A stretch of DNA of 63,406 nt, filler included. It is 7 parts of 7 records of this genome, joined end to end, with 100 filler letters (N's around TTAATTAATTAA, not from the genome) between each part and the next. Parts side by side here need not be neighbours in the genome. Positions count along the whole stretch, not along the records: positions 18,461 to 24,711 come from SRR31147125_27581; positions 24,812 to 30,639 come from SRR31147125_27597; 5 more parts are not named here. The stretch is one strand, 5' to 3'. Shown here one piece after another: positions 19,501 through 29,444 of this stretch; within the stretch, counting starts at the first letter, position 1, and each line of letters opens with the position of its first letter. Position numbers and translations under genes: made by a program. The notes under the pieces are model-generated. The model ran no database searches. It was not told the origin of the DNA and saw only the letters and a list, made by a program, of their open reading frames with translations.

Positions 19501-20336
19501 AAATCTGTGTTAGAGCGCACGATTTAAAAGTAAAAGGTGAAAATCAAATAGTAAAAATGCTCAAAGATTATGATGCGGACGGTATGCAGTTAGTCTGCTA
19601 CAAGTCGTTTGAAGATATAGATAAGCAGACAGGCAGTATAACACCTATGCGGGCAAAAGCAATTGGTGATACGTTTAAAATGGCATCATTAGATACAACG
19701 TTAATCGGTGCGTACTTTAATCCGGTTCATAGTAACAGATTTGAAGTAGAAAGAGGAATAAAAGTATTTAAAGAATACCTGAGTGTAGCAAAATTGCTTG
19801 GTGGCTGTGTTGTTGCTTCTGAAACAGGTTCTTATAATGATGAGCCTTGGGTATATCATTCTAAAAATCGCACAGAAATTGGTTTAAATGTAATAATTAA
19901 TACGTTTAGAGACTTATGTGATTACGCTGAAAAACAAAATGCAATGGTAGGCATGGAAGGTGCAAGCGGACATGTTGTTTATGACATCGATACAATGTGT
20001 AGGGTTGTTGAAAAAATAGAAAGAGATAATTTAAAAGTTGTGTTTGATTTGTATAATTTTTTAGATGAAACTAACTATCGTGATTATTTGAATATTATGC
20101 AGTATGGCATCGATAAGCTCGATGATAAAATATATTGCTTTCATATGAAAGATTGCATAATTGATGATGAGGGATATAAACAATGTGCTGTAGGAGCAGG
20201 AAATATGAATTTTGAGAAGATATTATCTATGATTAAAAATTATAACAGTGATGCAGTACTAATTTTGGAAGGAACAGTCGGACGGGATATTGCAAGAAGT
20301 GTAGAATATTTAAGGAATATTTGGAGACGCATTTAG
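19497..20336 (+). CDS. Sugar phosphate isomerase/epimerase (xylose isomerase-like TIM barrel)
   Basis: AYFNPVH, SETG, GMEG, VFDLYN and FHMKD motifs. Confidence 0.85.
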   Translation: MKICVRAHDLKVKGENQIVKMLKDYDADGMQLVCYKSFEDIDKQTGSITPMRAKAIGDTFKMASLDTTLIGAYFNPVHSNRFEVERGIKVFKEYLSVAKLLGGCVVASETGSYNDEPWVYHSKNRTEIGLNVIINTFRDLCDYAEKQNAMVGMEGASGHVVYDIDTMCRVVEKIERDNLKVVFDLYNFLDETNYRDYLNIMQYGIDKLDDKIYCFHMKDCIIDDEGYKQCAVGAGNMNFEKILSMIKNYNSDAVLILEGTVGRDIARSVEYLRNIWRRI

Positions 20337-20381
20337 GTTATTTTTATAGTGTAAAAGCCTTATTATTTGGAGGATTATTTA

Positions 20382-21497
20382 ATGGCACATATACAATTGA
20401 AGAACATCAACAAAATATACAGCAGTAACGGTTTTCATGCTGTTCATAATTTTTCTTTAGATATTGAAAAAGGTGAATTTGTTGTGTTTGTTGGACCATC
20501 AGGATGTGGCAAATCAACAACATTGCGTATGATCGCAGGGTTAGAAGATATATCTACTGGTGAGTTGGTAATAAACGATGTACTTTCAAACCAAAAAACA
20601 CCAAGAGATCGTGGTGTGGCCATGGTGTTTCAATCCTATGCGCTGTATCCGCATTTATCTGTATACGATAATATGTCATTTGGACTGACGTTAAAAGGTG
20701 TTGATAAGGATGCCATTGAAAAGAAAGTTAACAGGATTGCGAAGATTTTGGGTCTTGGTGAATACTTGGAACGAAAACCACGCGAGCTTTCAGGCGGACA
20801 AAGACAGCGTGTAGCTGTTGGTCGTGCGATTATTCGAAGTGTTGAAGTTTTCTTGATGGATGAGCCATTATCAAATTTGGATGCAAAACAACGTGTATCA
20901 ATGCGTGCAGAGATTATGCAGATTCATAATCGTGTTGGTGCTACAACAATATATGTAACGCATGATCAAACAGAAGCGATGACTATGGCGGATCGAATTG
21001 TGGTAATGGATAAAGGAGTGATTCAACAAATTGGTACTCCTTGGGAACTATATTTTGAGCCAGCTAATCGTTTTGTGGCTGGGTTTATTGGGGAACCTCC
21101 TATGAACTTTGTTGGATGTACAGTTAAGAAGGACGGATTGTATTCTGAAAATACAAAAGAAAAAGTAGATATTGCTGATTTAGATAGTAGTCTTTTTAAA
21201 GGCAGAGAGGCTGTCGATTTTGGGTTTAGACCTGAAAGTGTGATTTTGCCCAAATATGCGCAGACTGATACAAAATATATAAAGATGCGAGTCAGTATTA
21301 TACTGACTGAATTGCTGGGTGACAATGTTAATGCCTATTCATACTTTGAAGGGCAAAAGATAATTTTTAAAGTTTCACCATATGATATGCCGGAAATAGG
21401 AGACCACATTGACATTTTTGTACCACAGATAGGTATGTATTTCTTTGACAGAGAAACAGGTGAAACAATTTATAATGGAAATGGTCAAACAAAATAA
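20382..21497 (+). CDS. CUT1 sugar ABC ATPase (MsmX/UgpC-like)
   Basis: GPSGCGKS, LSGGQRQR, MDEPLSNLD, YVTHDQ. Confidence 0.95.
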   Translation: MAHIQLKNINKIYSSNGFHAVHNFSLDIEKGEFVVFVGPSGCGKSTTLRMIAGLEDISTGELVINDVLSNQKTPRDRGVAMVFQSYALYPHLSVYDNMSFGLTLKGVDKDAIEKKVNRIAKILGLGEYLERKPRELSGGQRQRVAVGRAIIRSVEVFLMDEPLSNLDAKQRVSMRAEIMQIHNRVGATTIYVTHDQTEAMTMADRIVVMDKGVIQQIGTPWELYFEPANRFVAGFIGEPPMNFVGCTVKKDGLYSENTKEKVDIADLDSSLFKGREAVDFGFRPESVILPKYAQTDTKYIKMRVSIILTELLGDNVNAYSYFEGQKIIFKVSPYDMPEIGDHIDIFVPQIGMYFFDRETGETIYNGNGQTK

Positions 21498-21534
21498 AAT
21501 GATGATGATTTTTTTATAAAAAAGGGGAGCCGAT

Positions 21535-22119
21535 ATGAATAGAAAGTTGTCTATAAATGGATATAGAGCAATTGATATAACGATTTTAACGGCGATTCTG
21601 TGTCTTTTGGAGATTGCAGGAAGACTAGCACTTAATGCCTTCCCGAAAGAATTGTTTTCATTCTCGGTTGTATTGCCTATTACGCTGATTGCGCTGATGA
21701 GACATGACAAGCTTGGCGTAATAACAGCAGCTGTAGGGGCAATCGTCTATTGCGCAGTAAATGGAGCAGACATTAATGTATATATCATATATATTTTAGG
21801 TAATTTATGTGTAGGTGCTGTGCTGTTATGGTTTAAGTACTTAGGAAAAGGGGAAATACGAAGTAGTTTAAAGCTTGTGATACTCTATGTATTTTCTGGA
21901 TATCTGGCTATGAATATCGGCAGAGGTATATTTGCCGCAATTATAGAGGGCGCACCGCTGATATCAACTACAGTTCGATATCTTTCAACTGATTCACTGA
22001 CTGGAATTATGGCAGTGATTATCATACTGATTGCAAGAAAACAGGATGGAATATTTGAGGATCAATTGGAATATTTGATTAGACAATCCGACAAGGAGGA
22101 ACAAAGTAATGCAAAATAA
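21535..22119 (+). CDS. Integral membrane protein of unknown function
   Basis: 194 aa, 5-6 hydrophobic segments, AAGGGGAG RBS, overlaps the next permease. Confidence 0.75.
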   Translation: MNRKLSINGYRAIDITILTAILCLLEIAGRLALNAFPKELFSFSVVLPITLIALMRHDKLGVITAAVGAIVYCAVNGADINVYIIYILGNLCVGAVLLWFKYLGKGEIRSSLKLVILYVFSGYLAMNIGRGIFAAIIEGAPLISTTVRYLSTDSLTGIMAVIIILIARKQDGIFEDQLEYLIRQSDKEEQSNAK

Positions 22120-23134
22120 GCAAGAAGAAATATTGCCGGAACATATACGCATTCAAGATGAGCTAGAAAAAAATTATTGGAAGAATATAGGTCGGAAGAT
22201 CATAAAAGACTGGCGCTTATATGTGATGCTACTACCTATATTATTGATATTCCTATTTTGGAGATACTTTCCTTTATATGAGTTGATTACAGCGTTTAAA
22301 ACATCAGATTCAAGTATAGATGTTTTAGAACGAAATTTTGTTGGTTTTCAACACTTTTATAATTTGATTTTGGGTGCAGATTCAGCTGGTTTTTGGCAGG
22401 CTTTCAGAAATACATTTCTTTTAAGTTTTTATACTTTGCTGTTTGGTTTTCCTGTTCCGATAATATTGGCATTATTCTTTAACGAAATTATGTCTAATGG
22501 ATATAGAAGTTTTCTTCAAATTTCTGTATATTTGCCCAAATTTGTATCAACCGTTGTTATAACTACGTTGTGCACGATGTTACTAAGAGGCGGAAGTGTG
22601 TTTACGCAGCCAGGAATTGTGGCTCAGTTGCTGGTTAAAATTGGCATGATACCGGCTGAAGATGCTTTTACTGGTATGTTGTATATACCAAAATACTTTA
22701 GAGCGATATATCAAGTATCTGGCATATGGGAAACAGCTGGTTATGGATCTATTGTATATTTTGCAGCGATTATCGGTATATCACCAACCAGTTATGAAGC
22801 GGCAAGAATTGACGGCGCATCAAAGATGCAGCAGTTGAAACATGTAGTAATCCCAGGTATCTTATCAACGATAACAATCATGTTGATTATGCAGATCGGT
22901 CAACTACTAATGATTGGGTATGAAAAAGTTTTGCTATTATACAATTCATATACGTACAGTACAGCGGATGTTGTATCAACATATGTATTCCAGCGTGCAG
23001 GTATACAAGCGGGTGCTCAAACAAATCAATCGCTTGCATCAGCAGCTGATATGATAAATGCAGTTACATCGATGTTGCTGGTTATGGGGGCAAACCAGAT
23101 TAGTAAACGCGTATCTGATACATCAATATACTAA
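22109..23134 (+). CDS. Sugar ABC permease (LplB-like)
   Basis: YLPKFVSTVV; YEAARIDGA EAA loop. Confidence 0.92.
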   Translation: MQNKQEEILPEHIRIQDELEKNYWKNIGRKIIKDWRLYVMLLPILLIFLFWRYFPLYELITAFKTSDSSIDVLERNFVGFQHFYNLILGADSAGFWQAFRNTFLLSFYTLLFGFPVPIILALFFNEIMSNGYRSFLQISVYLPKFVSTVVITTLCTMLLRGGSVFTQPGIVAQLLVKIGMIPAEDAFTGMLYIPKYFRAIYQVSGIWETAGYGSIVYFAAIIGISPTSYEAARIDGASKMQQLKHVVIPGILSTITIMLIMQIGQLLMIGYEKVLLLYNSYTYSTADVVSTYVFQRAGIQAGAQTNQSLASAADMINAVTSMLLVMGANQISKRVSDTSIY

Positions 23135-23145
23135 GGAGACAAATA

Positions 23146-24027
23146 ATGAAAAGGTTAGATAGAACTGAAATAATCTTTAAGACATTAGCTTATACTTTTC
23201 TGACAGTATTTGCATTAATGTGTATATACCCTTTTGTTTATGCAATTTCAGCAGCACTCAGTGGTAGATCTGCTTACTATATGGGTAATATTGTGTTGTT
23301 GCCTGTTAACCTGCAGTTTGACGCATTTCGAGATATCATTTTTACAAAACGTTTTTGGATTAGTTACTCCAATACGATGTTTGTTACATTTTACGGAACA
23401 ATGTGGGCGCTTGGCACATCTATTCTGGGTGCTTATGCATTGAGTAAATCAAGGTTGGTTTTTAGAAGAGGTTTTAACTTTTACTTGGTGTTCACGCTTT
23501 GGTTTTCTGCTGGCTTGGTTCCTCAATTTTTGAATTACAAAGCAACTCAAAGTGTTTTTGAGATGGTAGGTATCATGGATGACAAATGGTTGATTGTTAT
23601 TGCGATGGGTATGGCGGCATTCAACGTTGTTTTGCTGAGAAATTCATTTGAAAATGTTCCGAGTGAGATTGAAGAAGCGGCAATTGTGGATGGTTCAAAT
23701 GAATTTCAACTGTTGTTCAAAGTATATGTACCAATGTGTAAATCTACAATTGCAACTGTTGGCTTATTTTTTGGAATCAGTAGATGGAATGGTTACTTCT
23801 GGGCACGAACAATGACAAGAAACAGAAATGAATGGCCGCTTCAGGTATTCATTCGTGATCAACTCGAAGAAATTATGGAAATGGAATATGAAGCGACAAC
23901 ATCCTATGCACCAGACTCTCTTATTTATGCGATGGTTGTATGTGCGATAATACCTATTATAATTATATACCCATATATTCAAAAGTATTTTGCAAAGGGT
24001 GTAAATGTTGGTGGTGTTAAAGAATAG
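23146..24027 (+). CDS. Sugar ABC permease (LplC-like)
   Basis: IEEAAIVDGS; YPYIQKYFAKGVNVGGVKE. Confidence 0.92.
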   Translation: MKRLDRTEIIFKTLAYTFLTVFALMCIYPFVYAISAALSGRSAYYMGNIVLLPVNLQFDAFRDIIFTKRFWISYSNTMFVTFYGTMWALGTSILGAYALSKSRLVFRRGFNFYLVFTLWFSAGLVPQFLNYKATQSVFEMVGIMDDKWLIVIAMGMAAFNVVLLRNSFENVPSEIEEAAIVDGSNEFQLLFKVYVPMCKSTIATVGLFFGISRWNGYFWARTMTRNRNEWPLQVFIRDQLEEIMEMEYEATTSYAPDSLIYAMVVCAIIPIIIIYPYIQKYFAKGVNVGGVKE

Positions 24028-24102
24028 ATTATAAAGCTTACTCAGAATAATGAGTAACATTATGAATAGTATTACGAAAAAATATTACTAGGAGGAAAAG
24101 AA

Positions 24103-24711
24103 ATGAAAAAAATTATGGTAATGATTCTCGTTATAGTAATGATGACATCTTTTATGGCTTCTTGTGTAAAAGTTGATCCAGAAGTTACTGAGAATCCAGA
24201 ACAAGCTGAAGAAGTTAAAGAGGAATCAACCGAAGTCGTTGAAGATAAGGTTGACATCTATGATACTTCTGAATCAGTTGAACTGAATATGTCGGTTTTC
24301 TATAGAAGCGGAATTGGCATGAAATATTCAGTTGGTGAAGGATCTGGCACACCACAGCCAGAATATAATGCGGCTGACGGTAAAACTTATCGCGAAGGTG
24401 ACTGGAAACCAGTTTGGGAAGAGTTGCAGTCAAGACTTAATTTCTCAATTAATGACAAGACACCAGCAGATGCAAAAGACATTCGTGCTGCATTTTCTAC
24501 ATGGGAAGCACAAGGTTTCAAAGATGTTGACATTATGGTTGGTAATCTAGACGATGTTAACAGAAATGCGGTTACAAACGGCACATTCTTACCACTCGAC
24601 GAGTATCTTGACTTAATGCCAAATTTCAGTGAGTTTTTAGATGCTAACGGTATCGTTAAAGAATCAATAACAACAGGTGATGGACATATCTATGTTGCAC
24701 CATACTTTGAT
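24103..24711 (+). CDS. Sugar ABC solute-binding lipoprotein, 3'-truncated
   Basis: Lipobox MASC; LPLDEYLDLMPNF and DGHIY motifs. Confidence 0.85.
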
Positions 24712-24811
24712 NNNNNNNNNNNNNNNNNNNNNNNNNNNNNNNNNNNNNNNNNNNNTTAATTAATTAANNNNNNNNNNNNNNNNNNNNNNNNNNNNNNNNN
24801 NNNNNNNNNNN
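24712..24811. other. Artificial contig linker
   Basis: N-run with TTAATTAATTAA. Confidence 0.99.
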
Positions 24812-24862
24812 GAGCAGCATCGGTATCAGGGTTAGTAATCTCCGTATTGAGTATGCTAACAT
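24812..24862 (-). CDS. Start of an OppB/DppB-like ABC permease (truncated by contig end)
   Basis: AGGAG RBS, then MLAYSIRRLLTLIPMLL; not in the ORF track. Confidence 0.75.
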
Positions 24863-25193
24863 CAACTTTCTCCTTATACACGCATAACGGGATATTTCAA
24901 AACCCGATTCATGCTTTTTACTTCGATAGTTTCAGCAAGCGGGAGTGTTTTTCAGAGACAGTACTCCCATAAAACAGTATAACACACTATCGAAACATCT
25001 GTTTTCACAACCGTTATTTTCAGAAACTTCGGTATGCAAACCTCTCCCGTTTATATACCGAAATCCCCCTCTGTATTTGAAAATATATTAACGGCTTGTG
25101 GATATTCGCCTGAAACGAATAAGCAGCTCACATCCGGACAATATCCCGGAACGGGACACACCGTTCTGTCCGAACAACTGCATCATACAATTA

Positions 25194-25224
25194 TCACAAA
25201 GGCGGCCGTTAGCCGCCTTTGTGA
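25194..25224 (-). terminator. Stem-loop after the SBP gene
   Basis: TCACAAAGGCGGC-CGTTA-GCCGCCTTTGTGA. Confidence 0.65.
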
Positions 25225-25253
25225 AATGTTACATGTATTATCTCAACAATTTC

Positions 25254-26927
25254 CTATTTCTTAGCAAATTTGTTGAACCAGATCATCCTTGTGTAAGGAA
25301 TGTCTACCGGGGTTACACGCATGTGATCCATTGCCTGGATTGACTTGATGTCAGCTGTGTTCTTGGAGAACGCGTAATCAAGGATACCAGCGCCGGAATT
25401 CTTAACCATGTTAGGATCGCTGTCGAATGTCGGGTAGCAGTGGATTTCATCAATCTTGGCTACGCCTTCAACATAGTCTGCGAAAGGAGTAAGAACGAGG
25501 TAGTCGTTCATCTTCACTTCTGCAACTTCAAATGGTCCAGAACCTACAGGCATCTGCCAGAAAGAATCCTGCTGGAAGTTCAAAGGATCGCAGTCGCCCA
25601 GGTATTTTTCGGGCAGGATAGCGAACTGTGAAAGTGTCAGCAGTACGAGAGGATCAAGAGTTGCAAAATTCAATGTAATGACATTGCCGTCTACGACAAC
25701 ACCACTGATTTCATCTGCGTCACCAGCCTTGAAAGCGTCAAAACCTTCGAGAGCTCCAAAAGTTCCCATGAATACAGGGTGAGCGGAAGGAGTAATTGAT
25801 GAAGCCATTTCGATGCTGAATTTAACATCGTCGGCTGTAAGAGCAGATCCGTCATGCCATGTCAGGCCGTCTTTCATTACCAGTTCAAGGCTCATGCCGT
25901 CGTCGCTGAGAGTATAGGAGTCAACCATTACGCCTCTGGTCGGAGCAAGAGATCCGTCACAAGTAAGCAGTCTGTCGAAAACGACTTTGTTTGTCATAAA
26001 GATTCCGGGGTTGAACCATGGAGTCTGGAAAAATTCGATAGGTCCACTGTTGGTTCTCAGGATCTGTTTGCCGTTTTCTTCCGGCATTGTCCAGTTGATG
26101 ATTCCCCAGTCATAGTTGTACTGAGCGTTTCCATACATTTCGCCATTTCTGTTGACTTTGGTGCTTTCAACTACAAACAGTTTTTGGTAGTAGAGTGGGT
26201 ATGAGTAGAGCATTTCTGAGTCGTAGCGTTCAATTTCAAAGAAAGCTTCTTTCTGTTTTTCAACATCGGAAGTTGCATTGATTGCATCGATCAGTTCGTT
26301 CAGCTTGGGATCTGATGGAGTGTTTGCGTTCACACCAGGTCGGTAGCCGTTGTAGTATTCCTGCAGAGCAAGTGCTGCTCTCGCACCATATCCGAGGTCC
26401 CATACGATGTTGGCGGGTCCGTCAACGGGGTCATCGGGAAGCGCATTCAGCTGGTTAGCTACATCACCTTCCAGTTTCCTGAAAGTCATCTGAACACCAA
26501 CTTCGGCAAGCTGTGCCTGGATAGCGGTCATCAGGTCGATGGTCTGCTGGTCGCCATAGTAGAATACCAGGTCAAGAACCTGACTTTCGTCCCAGTTTGC
26601 GGCTTTAAGCAAAGCACGGGCTTTATCGGGATCGTAGCTGTACTGTTCCAGTCCGGGAGCCTTGAAAGAGCCGTTCGGAATCTGGCTGTCGGCAACGATT
26701 ACCATGCCTTCGAATAATGTTTCAGCGATTGTGTCCATATCGATGGCATACGCGATTGCTTTACGTACACGTACATCGGACAATGGATTGCTATTTGTTG
26801 GTCCACCTTCTTCGACCATCATGTCTTCAGCTGGAGCTTCTTCTTCAGCAGCGCCTTGAGCAAAGACAGGAACAAATACAAACAGCATTATTCCAAGGAG
26901 CACAAGCAGTTTTGTAATTTTATTCAT
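25254..26927 (-). CDS. ABC solute-binding protein family 5, circularly permuted
   Basis: GGAGG RBS; spirochaete-type leader (VFAQGAAEE); DVRVRKAIAYAID precedes WHDGSALTADDVKFS and PVGSGPF. Confidence 0.85.
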   Translation of the reverse strand: MNKITKLLVLLGIMLFVFVPVFAQGAAEEEAPAEDMMVEEGGPTNSNPLSDVRVRKAIAYAIDMDTIAETLFEGMVIVADSQIPNGSFKAPGLEQYSYDPDKARALLKAANWDESQVLDLVFYYGDQQTIDLMTAIQAQLAEVGVQMTFRKLEGDVANQLNALPDDPVDGPANIVWDLGYGARAALALQEYYNGYRPGVNANTPSDPKLNELIDAINATSDVEKQKEAFFEIERYDSEMLYSYPLYYQKLFVVESTKVNRNGEMYGNAQYNYDWGIINWTMPEENGKQILRTNSGPIEFFQTPWFNPGIFMTNKVVFDRLLTCDGSLAPTRGVMVDSYTLSDDGMSLELVMKDGLTWHDGSALTADDVKFSIEMASSITPSAHPVFMGTFGALEGFDAFKAGDADEISGVVVDGNVITLNFATLDPLVLLTLSQFAILPEKYLGDCDPLNFQQDSFWQMPVGSGPFEVAEVKMNDYLVLTPFADYVEGVAKIDEIHCYPTFDSDPNMVKNSGAGILDYAFSKNTADIKSIQAMDHMRVTPVDIPYTRMIWFNKFAKK

Positions 26928-26992
26928 AATTACACCTCCTAAAAATTCAAGCCGTTCAACGAACAGCATCAAAACCTATATAATTGTAATAA

Positions 26993-27035
26993 GGTTATAA
27001 CCAAAGATTGTAAAGCACATTTTTTCATTTGTCAA
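26993..27035 (-). promoter_or_regulatory. Sigma70 promoter with palindromic operator
   Basis: TTGACA-17 bp-TACAAT on the minus strand, followed by the perfect palindrome GGTTATAACC (26993-27002). Confidence 0.65.
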
Positions 27036-27345
27036 ATGGATAGTGCGGTAAATTACCCCGTTCATAAACTGCAGGTGATTTCACCGGTACTTTCCCTAAA
27101 TAATTACCGTGCTGATTAACGGTCATTCAAGTATTTCCTTTACTCTATGCCCGTAAAACTGTTATTTCGGATATCCAGATTCTTGTTTAATTACCTGTGG
27201 AAATCCTAAAAGATCTTGGATAATTATATCACGCATGCGTTTATTTCAACTGTAAATTTTTACGGGGACTCTGTAAATTTCTACGATACCAATTAGTCGG
27301 AAGGCGATTACCTATACAGGACAACTGCTGAATCCGGGTTATTTA

Positions 27346-28604
27346 CTACCTTGAGGTACCCGTTTCACCAGTGGCCTGCATAGCTTTACCGCCTCTTTTA
27401 AGAAATCGAATATACAGGGATATCTGGATGATGATCACAATCCCAAGCACTATTATTCCGACCAGATAGGGCGTCTTCACAGAAAAGAGCATTCCGACCG
27501 CGCCCCCGCCCAGAGAGCCGACTCCTACCCCTATTCCGATAGTTCCCTCATGATACCCGTTCAGCTTACCGCAGTTGCTGGCATCGCTTACCGAGTTCCC
27601 ATAATACATACCGGCAAAATAGTTGTGTCCGGTCAGGCATCCTATACAAACCAATGCCAGAACAATGACACCAACATGTACCGTTGCGTAGAGCAGCAGA
27701 AGACCGGCTATAGCGATGAACTGGACCGTCATAATAACGGTAAAACGGTAGTGCCAGAATGATGAAGCATACAGAATGAAATAGACAATAATTACCGCGG
27801 CCCGCATAATTCCCAGGATTATTGCGTGCTGTTCCGGTGGTATTCCGATACCGACCGCCAGCTTCGGGAACAGATGCAGAATCAGGCTGCCGACAAACGC
27901 TCCGCCGATATTTCCCACCCAGCTTAATAGGATGAAAAGCTGCTTACGTTCGGGATTGATTTCACGCCCGGAAGTACATTCATACTGGGAAGTATAGTTA
28001 TCACCTGATACGGCAACCTTTGCTGCTGACATATAATAGATAAGCAGCAGGTTCACTGCACACATAATCACACCAACATACAGCTGAGCTCCCGGCAGCA
28101 CATTGTAGAGTCTGCCCGCGGTATAGTTTCCAAAAATCATTCCCAAATTCCAGGAAATACAAAATTTTATGACAATACCACTGACCCGGCGGCTGCCGAT
28201 CTGTCCGCGTTTCGGTACCGTATTCAGATTCAGCCAAGCCAGTATTGCAGGATAGATAATTCCAGCCGAGGCTCCGGCAATACCGTAAGATATAAAAGCG
28301 CCGACACCTCCGAGGGCAGTATACGCATGGCGGCCGTACAGATAAGCAAAATGGTTGTTCCGAGATACATAAACTGCTTTTTACGATCAATACGGTCCGA
28401 CCATCGGCCGAAATAGATGCTGCTGAAGGCAAAAGCCAATGAAAACAGCGCTCCAAAAACACCCATGACCAGTAGGTTGGCTTCACGTTCAGCTAAGCCC
28501 CTGGCCGTGGTGAACACCAATATATTGAGAACCGCGTCATTCAGGAGCGTTACGATATAGGGGAAGTAGCCGTTTATAGAGAATCGATTGTCTTTGTGCG
28601 CCAT
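27346..28604 (-). CDS. MFS transporter split by one frameshift near 28290
   Basis: GRWSDRIDRK motif A; the hydrophobic reading continues in the second frame (YGIAGASAGIIYPAILAWL). Confidence 0.75.
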
Positions 28605-28609
28605 GATCC

Positions 28610-29263
28610 TTAACCCTCTTTAGATGCCAGACTTTTGATGTGTTTACGAACAGCGTATTCGGCTGAATCCCGATTCCCGTTAAAGATGGCGTCAATCAGC
28701 TCTGTATGTCGTCCGTTCTCCTTTATGGAGCTGCGTTGCCATCCGGCACTACGTGTGATAACCGAATTATTCCATCCGTCAACGGTAAGAAACAGAATGG
28801 TGGCCACACGCTCAAACTGATCGACAAGCATCCGCATCCCCGTCATTTCAACCATTCGTTTATGCAGTAGGAAATCCTGATAATCCGCTGCCTGAAAAGA
28901 CTCCTCTTCAAGCAGCCGTGTATGTTCGGAAACCAGGCAGAACAGCTCACTTTTCTCCTGCTCTGTCCCTCGTACAGTCAGTATTCTGGCCGCCTGCACC
29001 TCTATGCCTTCCCTGACGATGGTATACTCTTCAATCTCCTGCAGTGAGAGCTGTCTCACTGAAATCCCGGTTTGGGGCCGCACCAGCAGGATACCTTCCT
29101 GTTCAAGTCGCCGAACCGCTTCGGTTATAGGAACAACCGACATCGCAAAACGTTCTGCCAAAGATCGCATAGACCACGCGTTGTCACCTGAAAACTCTCC
29201 GGTGATCACCATTTTCCGTATTCCGCTATAGGCCTGTGTGCTTTTGGTTATCTTTATATTCAT
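28610..29263 (-). CDS. GntR-family regulator (FCD domain)
   Basis: SLAERFAMSVVPITEAVRRLEQEG HTH; D..LH and AVRKHI FCD residues. Confidence 0.88.
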   Translation of the reverse strand: MNIKITKSTQAYSGIRKMVITGEFSGDNAWSMRSLAERFAMSVVPITEAVRRLEQEGILLVRPQTGISVRQLSLQEIEEYTIVREGIEVQAARILTVRGTEQEKSELFCLVSEHTRLLEEESFQAADYQDFLLHKRMVEMTGMRMLVDQFERVATILFLTVDGWNNSVITRSAGWQRSSIKENGRHTELIDAIFNGNRDSAEYAVRKHIKSLASKEG

Positions 29264-29286
29264 GTATTTTGCCCCATTAAAACAAT

Positions 29287-29401
29287 GTAGAAACGTTTTA
29301 TACGTTTCTACTAAGGCAAGTACCCTTGCCAAATTTCTTGACGGCACTGTCAGCGGCTGGTATAGTGCAAATCAACAACTGTCATAACAGTGATATGACA
29401 G
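29287..29401. promoter_or_regulatory. Two inverted repeats in the divergent gntR/mttB promoter region
   Basis: GTAGAAACGT-N5-ACGTTTCTAC (29287-29311) and CTGTCATA-N7-TATGACAG (29379-29401). Confidence 0.55.
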
Positions 29402-29444
29402 CAAGTATACAGTGGTATTGCCAATCCATCAAGGAGAACTTCAC

